Source: Chromera velia
Taxonomy: Eukaryota
Length of the DNA: 45,528 nt
NCBI GenBank assembly: GCA_018398765.1
Contig: JAHBMJ010000533.1
Coordinates: 1-45,528 of the forward strand
Reading direction: 5' to 3'
The notes under the pieces are model-generated. The model ran no database searches, was not told the origin of the DNA, and saw only the letters and a program-made list of their open reading frames with translations. Positions 33,450 to 44,714 of the stretch are shown in pieces; the stretch's first letter is position 1; each line of letters opens with the position of its first letter. The position numbers and the translations under genes are program-made.

Positions 33450-33686
33450 AGCCTATAAATTGGCTATAATACTCCCCTGAATTTATTTTTTCGTTTTTGA
33501 GTGGGAAAACATTCATAATAACGAAAACTTCATCAACAAGGATGAACAAGGACAAAAGCATGCCGTAGCATACAGCCAGAGCTTCCTAGCTAGCTAAAAT
33601 CCCATAAAAATCTGTGAAATCCTGCTAGCTAGGCTAAAATTCTCTAAAATCCTGGCCTAAAATCCCATAAAATCCTAGCTACTTAA

Positions 33687-33884
33687 GTTTAGGGAGAGAG
33701 GGGGGAAGGTCCAACCTGAATGATTAGGTTTTGGGTATAGCCTAGCTATCTGCAGGGTAGTATATAAAGTATTGGGCTAGGTATTGGGGCCATCAAAAAA
33801 ATTAAAACCGACCGTATGGGTCGGACCCTCCCCCCCCCCCNACCTAATCATTCAGGTTGGACCTTCCCCCCTTTCTCCCTAAAC
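33687..33884. mobile_element. TTAA-flanked MITE (~200 bp) with ~43-bp TIRs
   Basis: ttaa|gtttagggagagagggggGaaggtccaacctgaatgattaggt ... acctaatcattcaggttggaccttccccccttt ctccctaaac|ttaa. TTAA targets are used by piggyBac and Kolobok. Confidence 0.75.
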
Positions 33885-34329
33885 TTAAAGTCCCTAATAA
33901 GTCCCTACCTATCCCTTAACCTACTTTTAGAGTCATATTAGGAGAGTCACTAGTAGGTGACTCTACCAGTAAGAGTCTCTGAGCGAGCTTTTTCGCTAGC
34001 TGCTAGGCTAGCCATACGATAATATATGCTTAGACTGCCCTCTACTATTTGAACACCCACACAGGTTTTTGTGAGGCTACCCTGGCGGAGCTAAAATGCA
34101 TTGGCAAGGTGCCGCGATGTTACATGAATTTCAAAACGTGCATTGAAATCTAAGTCAATTTACATCATTTCCCCGAATCGGATCCACTTTAGGACTGGTG
34201 GATCAATTCTCTCATATACAAGACAGTGGGAAGAGTAATTTATGATTTCCAACTGTGGGCCTCCAAAAAGCCTCCCCCCCCCCCCNNNNNNNNNNNNNNN
34301 NNNNNNNNNNAAAACCCCCCCCCCCCCCC

Positions 34330-34398
34330 CACACACACACATACACACACACACACATACAGACACACACATACAAACACACACATACACACACACAT

Positions 34399-34437
<39 letters not shown>

Positions 34438-34466
34438 CATATATACACACACACATACATACACAC
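34330..34466. repeat. (CA)n/(TA)n microsatellite next to an assembly gap
   Basis: Read directly from the sequence. Confidence 0.95.
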
Positions 34467-34510
34467 CGAATCAATATTGTTTGAAAATATTAAAGAAGAA
34501 AGAGTAGATA

Positions 34511-36196
34511 CAGAGTTGTTAAGTCCCGACAAACTTAAGTACCGAAATCCGATACCGACCCCCCGATCCGAAATTTTTCGGTACTTTCGGTACCTTTTCA
34601 GTACTTTCGGTACTGGCTTTTTTATATATTCTAAACAGGTTTTTAGAACTCTTTACAGACTGTTTATACGCCATTAGGACACTGGAATGCTCAAAGATGA
34701 CTAGCATGAACTTTTGATATCTAATTTGAAGCGCGAGGGGGGGGGTGCGTGCCTGCATGGGCCGCGGCGTACGGGCCCTGGGCCGCGCATTGTGTGTATC
34801 CCGCGTAGGATGCAGAACTGCTATCTGAAGCATCACCGTCTCCTTCATTAATTTATCATTATATTTTGTTTATTTTGTTTTATGAAGTGTGTTTAAATGA
34901 TATTGTAACATCAGACTACTTACTTACTTACTTAATTGTGGTTAAGCCTAGAGTCTCTGAAACCAGAGACAAATGGCAACCCATGCATGCAGTTGTAAAC
35001 AAAAGGAGCAAACCACCGCAGTTTAGCCTGCTTCCGCATGAATATGAACAACCACGACCCTCCGCAGCCTAGCCTGAAGCTAAAGGCTGAACAACCACAC
35101 AAGACATGCGTGCACTCATTTCAGACAAGCTTCGATCAGTACACTTGCCTTCTTTGGCTCCTGGTCCACAATGAATGAAACGAGCTCTCTTACATATGTC
35201 TCTTCTTCCCCGATACCTCTTCCCCCAGCTGCAGCAGTCCATCTTGCTCTGCAGACCCTTTCACCGATTCCTGTTCTCTCTTTCACTCTCTCTGCCAGCG
35301 AATGAAGTTTAGATCTAAGCTACTCTGTTTGCACGCACTCAGACAATCGATACACCGCATCGTCGATCACCTTTTTACCTTCGATTGCAGGACAGTGAAT
35401 ACAGTGTTCTTCGCAGGATCCACCGTGTCTCTTTCCCCCACCAGCACATGCTCGAAGGAGAGAAGTGAAAAGAGAACTACCAGATAAGAGAGAGCGAGGC
35501 AGAGTACGTAATTGAACTGTGTAACCCCACCCCCTTCTAACCCTCCCCCCTAAAAGTAACATGGCCAGACGCTGGTGCGATCGGTTCTCTATCTAAAAAT
35601 TACTCAGTCGGGAGTTGCGTGGATAGATACCACATGGACAGATGAGCCTATGCTCGCCAATGGGTCTTGAAGTCAACCATTCCAACAACCATTCTGAGGC
35701 TTCCCTTTCCCTCGCTTTCTGCCTGAGTGTCCATTTATTCGTTCTGTTTCTCCGACTCTGGCTTTCTTTTCTCAAAAGATCTGGTGCGATTGTCTGAAGC
35801 ATGCTACTGGCTGAATCGGCCCATACCGGGGTCAGCGATCTGTGCCATACATCCCAGACTGCCCGAGGAACCTCCCTTTCTGTTCTTTTTATGCTTTCTA
35901 TGAAACCGCCCAACCGACAAGAAAGGATCTCTCTCATGGGACGCACCCCAATCGAAACCAAAGTTGACACCCTGAAAGAGTTATAGAGCAAACGGAATGT
36001 CCAGTGCATAAATCGAAGCTGCAATGCATCAAGTGCAACGATATCTCTCTGACTTACTGGCAAGGCTTCCAGCGAGTATGGTGATTTTTAAGTTTAAGAG
36101 TTATTTAGGTCGGTATTGAAAGATCCGATCCGAAATCCGATACCGACCCCCCCTCTAGTACCGAAGTACCGAAAGTACCGAGACTTAACAACACTG
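34511..36196. mobile_element. Non-autonomous hAT-like element (1,686 bp including nested insertion)
   Basis: TIR CAGAGTTGTTAAGTC ... GACTTAACAACACTG (14/15). 8-bp TSD AGTAGATA / AGCAGATA (7/8). Clustered TACCGA/TCGGTA subterminal repeats and the shared block ccgaaatccgataccgacccccc at both ends. Confidence 0.85.
34915..36085 (-). mobile_element. 5'-truncated, decayed non-LTR retrotransposon nested in the hAT element
   Basis: Minus-strand peptide YSLEALPVSQRDIVALDALQLRFMHWTFRL resembles the post-RT thumb region of LINE ORF2. It is followed, after a stop, by a degenerate CCHC-like segment (CIHCPAIEGKKVIDDAVYRLSEC). It ends in a (TAAG)n tail (plus strand (CTTA)n at 34915-34934). Confidence 0.7.
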
Positions 36197-36342
36197 AGCA
36201 GATATGGAAGAGAAACGGTGTTGCATCGCACAGAAGTGACACATTTACACACCACCAGGTTACATCTCTTGCTTTGACCTCCGCTTTAACACTGCTGAGC
36301 ATGGAAATGTAGATACACACTACCAGCCACTTGTATAGTCAT

Positions 36343-36343
<1 letters not shown>

Positions 36344-36381
<38 letters not shown>

Positions 36382-36407
36382 TACACACACACACACACAT
36401 ACACATA

Positions 36408-36450
<43 letters not shown>

Positions 36451-36470
36451 ACACATACATACATACATAA

Positions 36471-36517
<47 letters not shown>

Positions 36518-36646
36518 CATATATATATATATATACATATACACACACATATACACACACACACACATACACACATACACACACACATATATACACATAC
36601 ACACACACATATACATACACATACACATACACTTACACAGATACAC

Positions 36647-36693
<47 letters not shown>

Positions 36694-36805
36694 TATATAT
36701 ACACACACACACATACATACACACATATATATACATACATACACACACACACACACACATACACATACATATACACACACACACACAGATACACATACAC
36801 ATACA
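36344..36805. repeat. Long (CA)n/(TA)n microsatellite (~460 bp)
   Basis: Read directly from the sequence; alternating purine-pyrimidine. Confidence 0.97.
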
Positions 36806-39800
36806 CCTTTGGATGGAAACTCTTCCTCGTCTAAGGAATTGAGACATGATAGTTGATACTGAGCAAACGGAATGAAGAGTAAACGTCGAGGGTCTGTGAA
36901 GCAGTCTGTATCTAAGTCTGTATGTTTGTCTGTATATGTGTGCATCTCCATAAAAATCAACCAATCAGCAAAAGTTTAACAGTGAGCCAAAACTTCAATG
37001 CTACAACAAGTGGGTGCCGTGCACTCATAGTAGGACACTCCTTAGCTTTTTGGACTTTAAAGAAGCCTTCTCTGTCTTCGAAGGATCGGGCACATGCCCC
37101 AAACTGACCGATCATTCTGGGGAGGACAAATCCGCTTCCAGAAAAAACAAACAGCACTGCTTGCGGTGTTACTAGCGGTGTTAGCGGTTCCGTTTGTATC
37201 AGTAAAGGCATGGAGAAGACAAAGATGGATATGTTGGTATACAAACATATCAAAAAGAAAATATATAAATGCTTTTCTTGTGTATTTTATGATGGAGACC
37301 GTGAGGAGACCGAACCGTTGCTGGAAGGTCAATGTCGAAAAACGAGCAGCAAGCCGCCAAGCGGCAAGCTTCTGTAAAAGATAAGGTCTTTAGAAATGTA
37401 TCCCTTAACTGAACGCTAATGATGAAGTGGCAAGCTTCAGTGACAGAGTATAGAATCTACTACTATAGATGTCGCCGAATAACTATAATCTCAGTTATGA
37501 CTGACCTTTATAAATCTCAATTTGCCCAGGTTGACATCCTGGTCGATGCGGTCTGACTCACTTCTGAAGCTCTCATAGAGGGGACCTAGACGGTACAAAA
37601 CGAACAGACAGAACTGTAGAAAGACGGTCCTACTGTCTTTGAGCTGTTTGGACGTTCACTAGTGAGCCAGCTTGGACAGCAGAGCAACAAATTGGCAACT
37701 CTGCATGCTCTGGAGCCTGAGACGGGGTGTAGAAAGACACAGAAAGTTCGAGCCTCTGGGAGTCTCACACATAGAGCACCCCCAAGATTCTAACTCAGGG
37801 CTTTAGTAAGGACCTCTTAGGGATGAAGATTGGCCACTTTGTTTTCATCGACTTGGCCTCACTTCTGGAAAACACCAGAAAAGTGAATTAGGGCTGGGAA
37901 AAGGTGTACCTCAGAAAAGGTGCAAACCAAACAGTTGCACCAGATGCACCTGTTTTGCACCAGATGCACCTGATGCACCTGTTTTGCACCTGATAGAATG
38001 GAATTGGGTGAAAAGTGTCAGCGTCATGGCCATACAACGCATCACGGCCCCGCCCCTGCGGCTCCTTGCGGCCCCAATTAAACGCACGCATGTTGTTGGG
38101 CCGCGGTGCATAGAACAAATCCGATCACCCGATTTTTGAGATGAAAATCGGCTGCAGGGCTCACTGCATGCATGAACGAATGCACGTTCGACACCGCATA
38201 TAATATATGCGCTGCATGAAATCAAGTCTAGCTATATCATGTGAGAACCTCTTCTCTTTGCAGCATGAGAACTGTTTTATGGGCTGCCCTATATAATAAA
38301 AACGACTGCATGTACATGCATAGCAACGAGGAGCACACAAAGGTAAAAGGATCAGAACAATAGGTTTGAGTCAAGAAGCTGCGCAAGCAGACTGAGTCCG
38401 TTTGTAAAACAATGACACAATGCTAAACGGTTTGCTGGGAGGAAAACAGCTTTGTCAACCTTTAGCAATCAAGGATGAATGCCAACACAGTGCTGTACGG
38501 AGATTCTTTTTCATATTAATATGAAGAAAAGAAGCAGAAACGGCACACACATGGGAATATGCATACATGAAGGTATGTCCCTCTTGGTTGTAGATAAGGA
38601 CTTTTGAAACCTGGTGCCAGGCGCTCTTTACAATTGGCGGGCTCGATCTATCTTGGTCAGTAAGAGTGCAATTGGTTTGATCATTCAATTTGCTGCTTTG
38701 CATCAGAGAGTGGAACCATTCGTCACTTCCGTCAAGTTTGCATGCTTACATACAGATCTGTATCTGACTTTCTGTCATACCACGGCTTCTCGTTGTGTTT
38801 AGTACTTCCAGAAGGTTTGAAGACCGTCTGTAAAGGGAAGTGTAGCTTTTGTAGGGGCGTTCATCCCTTCGTTTGCGAGTCGTCAGTCATACCGGTCCTG
38901 TATACTGGTCACTGTAGTTAATTACTTCTCAATTTCACAAACCGGGGCCCTGTCCAGATAGACGGCTTCACACAAATATCAGTAAACAAAAGAGAAGCTG
39001 TTCAAGAACAGAGAGAGCCTTCTTTTGGATCTGAAGATAGAGAAAATACTTATACCAGCCGCGTAGATCCTTACAGGTGGCTCAGGAGGGTATAGAACGA
39101 CATGCTAGTCTGGATGAACATCATGAATTAAGCTGGGTCAGTCGGAAAAAGAGGGTCTGGAGTTATGAATCGCACCTGTCCGACTCTATCCATGTTTCTC
39201 TTATTCGTCAAAGCCAAACTCAAATCAAAAGCCAAAGCCTCCCCTCCGCCCCAACTAGTCCGCATCAAACCCGAGGAGTTTCTAGGGAAAAAAGACGTCA
39301 TACTCAGTCTGAGGTCGATTTTCAAATCGGACTTCGAGTGAGAGAAAGTCTGTGAGGAGCCTGCTCTCTCCTCTTCTTTCTCCTCTTCTTCTTTCTCTCC
39401 TTCCTCTTTTTTGTCTAGTTTTTGTCCTCCGTTGTCGTTTTGGGGAGGGGGGTGAGTGAAGAAGAGAGCTAAAGTATGACGAGGCTGGGCTCTGAGCCTC
39501 TGAGATCAGGCCTTCGCTTGCCTTTGCTCAGAGACGAAATCCAAAAAAACCTTCTTTTGTTTCATTCTTTCTTCTTTTTCTTTTTTATGAAAACGTACCA
39601 TTTATGGTTGCTTTCTTCAGGAGTTTGCTCCAAAGGGGCATGCGTGTGCAGTTTGAAGGATTTATGGATTGTATAAGCTAAGACACAACTGGACTACGGT
39701 GTAGCACGCAAACCGTGCCAAACATATTCAAACGCTATAGATCATACATAGAAAGCATTGAACAGGTTTTAAATGAAAAAAAGAGACCCAGAAAGAGACC

Positions 39801-40145
39801 GAAGTCATGATATAGTTAGAGACATATAGTCTTTAATTGTATGCAAGATTTTTTTTTTTTCGTCTTTTCACTGACATTTCTAGTAACATTTTATGTTGTT
39901 TTGCACAGTAAAAGTTTCTGTAGCTATGCTACATCATAAAAAGCTTCTAGGCATTGAATGAGGTGCCTTTTGGCCGCTAAAAACACTAGAAATCAACCAT
40001 AGAAACCTAGCTATCATATGGTAAACGGTGCACCTTATTTTGCACCTATTTTACACCTATTTTGCACCTGATTTAAGGTGCAAACTTGTTTTTGCACCAG
40101 CACCAGCATCTTATGCACCTTTTCTCTAAAGGTGTTTAATCACAA

Positions 40146-41906
40146 AATATATTTATTCACTAGTTACTCACTTTAAAAATAATATAATCAGGAATATATT
40201 CCTAAATTAATTAAGGGGGGGTCCGGGGGGCGGAGCCCTCCGGGCTACATTTTTGATTTTTTTTTTTTAATACAGTTTATGACTATAAAAAATTGGTTTT
40301 AAAAAAGATAAACAGGGGCTATCTAGCTGTTAGGCACTGTTAATAGGCAGTAGTGTAACAGTTACTATACTAGACTGTGTTACAGTGTCACTAGAATTTT
40401 ATAAAATCTTACAATTTATAAACTTATTAAACTAGCAAATAACATATCATATGAATACACGGTTGAAAGTTCATACACGTTCTCATTGCATGAACATGCA
40501 CACACTACACCAAAACACGCATGCACACTGCAGCACACACTGCATAGTGAAAGGAGGCCTTACTGTATGCACTACGTAAGATGCACTCTTTTTCACTTTC
40601 AGCATTTGAACGCGAAACACCAAAACACCACAAGCACTGTCGAGCAAAAAATCATCTGGGTACAAACAAGCAGAAAGATGTATGCAAAGACATAAATATA
40701 GATATCAATCATGCAAACGCGCATACAAATAAGAGAAACATGCACACATCGACGTCAATTGAGACTCGTTGAGTCGCTGCCCCCCTTTTTAAATTTGATC
40801 TTTTGGCCGGGGGGCGGCCCTTCGCTTTTGCACCTCTAGACTGAGTCCGCACTGGAGCACTGGGGCCCGATCTAATTGGTGCAGGCTTTGGGGGCCTTGC
40901 TGCTTCTCGTTGTACCACCTTCCACCACGCAACTTCACGCATGCTGATGTACGAACCTCGATTATCATAGTCTTGGTATGTTACCATGTTTTTTCCATTC
41001 ACTATCCCTTCTATCCATCTAATCTGAAGGATTCCCCCTGCTTCCTGACTTCCTTCTTCAGCATCTTTAATTGGAAGCTTGGTTTGCGGTGCGACCCACG
41101 CCTTCAGCTTTCCTGACTGCCACTTAACAAGAAGATCATTTAAGTACATCTTCACTAAAGAAGGAAATGGAACCTCACCCTCCATGGTGGTGGAGACAAC
41201 ATGAGGAAGCAGAATAGCGTTATCTCCCATCTTTGCAATTTTCTTTTTAAGCTCATTCTGATGCTGAGTAGCGATTGCTTTTTTTATTTCTCCTGTCTTC
41301 TTTTTGCAGCTTTGAAGGTGAGTCCAAAGATTGGACGTCCCTCTACTGCTTCTGGCTGTCGTCCCGCAGGAATTGCATGTATACGATTCTATAGGTTTGC
41401 TGAGCGGTGGCTGAACTGCTTTAAAAAAGTCTCGTACGTCCATTTGACTCATTTTCAAACTGTAGAGTCAATCGTCTAAACACATCAGGCCTCAGTCATC
41501 TCAGACTGGTATCATGGCTTGCTGTGACTTTAAGTTTGCATCTTACCTTGTGTTTGAAACTCATGCATGAAGACCCGATTTTTGATGCAACCTGTACAAT
41601 CGGCTATTCGGCTCCGAATGCATGCACCGATGTATGGCCGCGGGCCGCTAGTAGGAGCGGTGCATGGGCCGCGCCGGCGTATGCATGGCTGGCCCGGGCT
41701 GCATGGGCTGGGCCATGCATACAGTGCACTGGATGTGCAAAAGCCTCTAGGCTACTCCCAAAACATTTGTTTTTATAACGTAAAAAAAAAATTACGCACC
41801 ATTAGAATGACCTAAGGTATTAAAGACTAGTAAGAATCGGACTTTGGCTAATTAATCACTTTATTCAATCACATTCAATCACTTTATGGGATAATTAAAT
41901 ATATTC
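40146..41906. mobile_element. Nested short-TIR DNA element (~1.76 kb) carrying a BED-finger ORF
   Basis: Flanked by the direct repeat TAATCACAA (40137-40145, 41907-41915). Termini AATATATTTA ... TAAATATATTC. Removing it restores the host palindrome aaaggtgtttaatcac-aa-gtgactaaacaccttt. Confidence 0.75.
40709..41452 (-). CDS. BED-type zinc-finger protein (~247 aa), transposon-borne
   Basis: Open frame from ATG 41452: VRDFF...YTCNSCGTTARSSRGTSNLWTHLQSC (BED consensus Cx2C...GTSNLxxHL), a helical linker, a Trp-rich domain, and a basic tail with an AT-hook-like KGRPP. The 3' end could be spliced. Confidence 0.7.
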   Translation of the reverse strand: MSQMDVRDFFKAVQPPLSKPIESYTCNSCGTTARSSRGTSNLWTHLQSCKKKTGEIKKAIATQHQNELKKKIAKMGDNAILLPHVVSTTMEGEVPFPSLVKMYLNDLLVKWQSGKLKAWVAPQTKLPIKDAEEGSQEAGGILQIRWIEGIVNGKNMVTYQDYDNRGSYISMREVAWWKVVQREAARPPKPAPIRSGPSAPVRTQSRGAKAKGRPPAKRSNLKRGAATQRVSIDVDVCMFLLFVCAFA

Positions 41907-42050
41907 TAATCACAAGTGACTAAACACCTTTGCTTTTCTCAGTCTTAAAGTGAATATAGGTCGGCTATAGACCCCCCCCCCNNNNNNNNNNNNNNNNNNN
42001 NNNNNNNNNNNNNNNNNNNNNNNNNNNNNNNNNNNNNNNNNNNNNNNNNN

Positions 42051-42157
42051 ACACACACACACTGTGACACACACACACTTTGACACACACACACACACAC
42101 ACAGTGACGCACACACTGTGACACACACACTTTGACACACGCACACGCACACACACT

Positions 42158-42194
<37 letters not shown>

Positions 42195-42370
42195 GCACGC
42201 ACACATACACTGTGACGCACACACTGTGACACATACACTTTGACACACACACACACACTGTGACACACACACACTGTGACACACACACACTTTGACACAC
42301 ACACACACACACACAGTGACGCACACACTGTGACACACACACTTTGACACACACACTGTCACACACACTG

Positions 42371-42410
<40 letters not shown>
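42051..42410. repeat. CA-derived minisatellite
   Basis: (CA)n interrupted by recurring ctgtga, ctttga and cagtgacg units that form higher-order repeats. Confidence 0.9.
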
Positions 42411-42412
<2 letters not shown>

Positions 42413-42723
42413 AGACATGCATGTACAGAGAAACAGAAGGGGGCTGCATGGAGAGGCAGAAATTGATCCAGAGTTGCTTAAGCATGCAGTGTGACAAGCA
42501 CCATTTAGAGAACGCATCCATCAGCGTCAGAGTAGCCGCTAAGAAAGAAGTCCTTAACAAAAGTGTTTGGTCCAATGTGCCTCTGAGAGTCTCAGGCTTG
42601 ACTCACATAAGAAGAACACGCTACGATCGAGACAGTCGACGAGACTGCAAACACTTCGAACATTCTGTCCACTGCACTACAAAAGGGGCGGATCGAAAGT
42701 GCCACCTGCATCGATCACTGCGA

Positions 42724-44040
42724 TCATAGCACCGCTCCCTCCTCCAATAACGCCCTCACTCCTCGACAATGAGCCATGCCCAACACTGCAACGACAGCCT
42801 TATTGGAACGACCTGGCGCTACCGACACTGCCGCTTTTTTTTCTGGTTCCGAGCTTGAATCAGATCTCTCCCTGACTCTCGATTTCTCATTGTTCGTTCC
42901 TGAGGAAAACAAGGATCGAACACGTCTGAGAAAACCCCCGCTCTTGCTCTGCACGGCTCCTCCCTCTCCTTCTCCTAGCGCAGTAAGGCTTTGCTCTTGT
43001 TCTGGGGGGGAAGTGATCAACTCAACGAACCCATTCGGATCGCTTCCCGAGTCGTAGTACGTCTTTCTCGGTTCTTTCAAACGACCGCTTGTGCGCTCTG
43101 TGCCCACCAATCTCTCGCATTCAAACACAATGTTATCTGCCAAAACGACGTTTCTCTCTGTCAGCAGGGCACGAGTAAACGACCGCCCGAGGAGAGGAAA
43201 CCAACCGAACGTCACAACTACTGCCTGTACGAGACTGAGAGCAAACAGCGTGAGCGCAAACGAAAAAGTACCGTCGTCATCCCCGGCCACAGTCTCTGCC
43301 AGGTCAAATGAGCCTCCCACCAGGTCCGTTGCTTGGACAAGAGACTGTGTTGCCAAATCCGGTGTGCTCAGGACGAGCAGCCAGATGGCAAAGGATACGG
43401 GGCTTCGAATGAAGATGCCTGCGGGATACCTGATTAAACTCACAGGCATACCCAGAAGAACGCGCCAGTCGAGCATCGCCCTTGCTTTCCCACTGTCCTT
43501 CTCTGGTGGGAATGCCTCACTGGTGGCTTTTGCCAAATCCTTGATCAGACTCTCCCAGTTGAACGTGACGATATCAACAAAGGACTGCTTCAACTCCTCC
43601 CACGCACGCGGAAGAGTGATGTTGATAAACTGATCCCCCAAGCTCACAGGCACGCCATAGGCGTTGCCGCCATTCTTCCCTGCCCTCATTTCATTGTTCA
43701 AAAAGACATCCTTCAAGATCTGAGGCACGTTTTTGGGCCCGGCGGTCCATCTGACGGGATCCGTCTCCAATACCACCGCACCCAGCTGACCCGTTTCCCC
43801 GAGCTCACTCACAAGCTCTGTGGTCTGCTGAATCGAGTACGGGTTGTAGTGCATGCTCCCTACCAAGTACACCCGCACCCCTGTGCTCGGTTCCACGAGT
43901 TCCGTGATCTGGGGACTGCGTGCAACCTCCGGGGTTCGCCAGATAGGTGCACTCGCTTTGAAGCACGCTACTCGTGTGGCGCACAGAAGCAGTGCATACA
44001 GAAAGAGGGGAACAGACATGTTCAGTATCGTCACACTCAT
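42724..44040 (-). CDS. TraB/PrgY (TIKI/TRABD superfamily) domain protein, ~438 aa, intronless, with signal peptide
   Basis: Motifs VYLVGSMHY, AVVLETDPVRW, NNEMRAG, VPVSLGDQFINITL, LLTERNVVLADNI, VVAVLGMAHCRGV match the TraB family pattern. Two internal hydrophobic segments. Leader MSVPLFLYALLLCATRVAC-F. Start is ATG 44040 or 44019. Confidence 0.85.
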   Translation of the reverse strand: MSVTILNMSVPLFLYALLLCATRVACFKASAPIWRTPEVARSPQITELVEPSTGVRVYLVGSMHYNPYSIQQTTELVSELGETGQLGAVVLETDPVRWTAGPKNVPQILKDVFLNNEMRAGKNGGNAYGVPVSLGDQFINITLPRAWEELKQSFVDIVTFNWESLIKDLAKATSEAFPPEKDSGKARAMLDWRVLLGMPVSLIRYPAGIFIRSPVSFAIWLLVLSTPDLATQSLVQATDLVGGSFDLAETVAGDDDGTFSFALTLFALSLVQAVVVTFGWFPLLGRSFTRALLTERNVVLADNIVFECERLVGTERTSGRLKEPRKTYYDSGSDPNGFVELITSPPEQEQSLTALGEGEGGAVQSKSGGFLRRVRSLFSSGTNNEKSRVRERSDSSSEPEKKAAVSVAPGRSNKAVVAVLGMAHCRGVRALLEEGAVL

Positions 44041-44714
44041 CCCTGATCCTGTGATGTCGAAGTGACAGGGGCGAAAGGTCAAAAATTCAAATCCGAAAGC
44101 AGCGAGAACGAAGGAACACACCCATGCAGTCAGACAAAACCTTGCAACGTCGGAGACGGGTCTTGGAATCCACCTGGATAGTTCCTGCTGATTCTGGGGC
44201 CAGTGGCTCAGGGATCTTCGTAGACTCTGGAAGCGCTCATGCTGCCGCAGCTCACCGTTTCAGCCTGTAGGTGGTTCGGCGTTGCATGATCTGTCTGTGT
44301 CTGTCGCTTCGATCGCTCTCTCCCAGCTAGTAGCTGGCTTTTTGTCATCACATCGCGGCAAAGTCGGGGAGGGCGCGGCGCCGACATGCGTGCGCGCGGC
44401 GCGAAAAAAGGGCCGCTGCATGCATGGTCGAAAAATTTTAAAGGGCGGCTTTGCATGCCTCAGTGCCAAAGGGCCGGGGGGGGAGCTCCCCTCCCTTCAG
44501 TAACTTCAGTTCAAAATTTGAATAAGAAGGGGGGGCATAGCCTATAGTTCATAGTTACGCCCCTCCCCAAAAGGGCAGTAAAGGGGGGCATAGCCCCTCC
44601 CCAACTTGAAAGAAGTTTAGACAGCATGTTTTTTACGTTTTGAAATTTGAATTGTAATATTCTTTCGCAAAAACTAACTTGAAACATATAGCTTGAAACA
44701 ATCACCTACTTAAT

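Larger units (their letters stand above)
37889..41947. mobile_element. hAT-like element (4,059 bp including nested element)
   Basis: TIR TAGGGCTGGGAAAAG ... CTTTTCTCAGTCTTA (12/15). Perfect 8-bp TSD AAGTGAAT (37881-37888, 41948-41955). TGCACC/GGTGCA subterminal arrays at 37918-37992 and 40027-40125. The interior has no intact ORF. Confidence 0.85.

Noticed and set aside
36286..36964. His/Thr- and Cys/Val-rich ORFs
   Set aside because: Translations of (CA)n microsatellite. The same applies near 19750, 34300 and 42100.
36806..37400. Possible decayed piggyBac-like transposase peptides (TFGWKLFL, LLSFLDFKEA, Cys pairs)
   Set aside because: Fragments are short, in different frames and full of stops. 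A translated profile search is needed before calling it.
38260..39700. Transposase remnant inside the outer hAT
   Set aside because: No recognisable BED, DDE or dimerisation motif and no sustained frame by eye.
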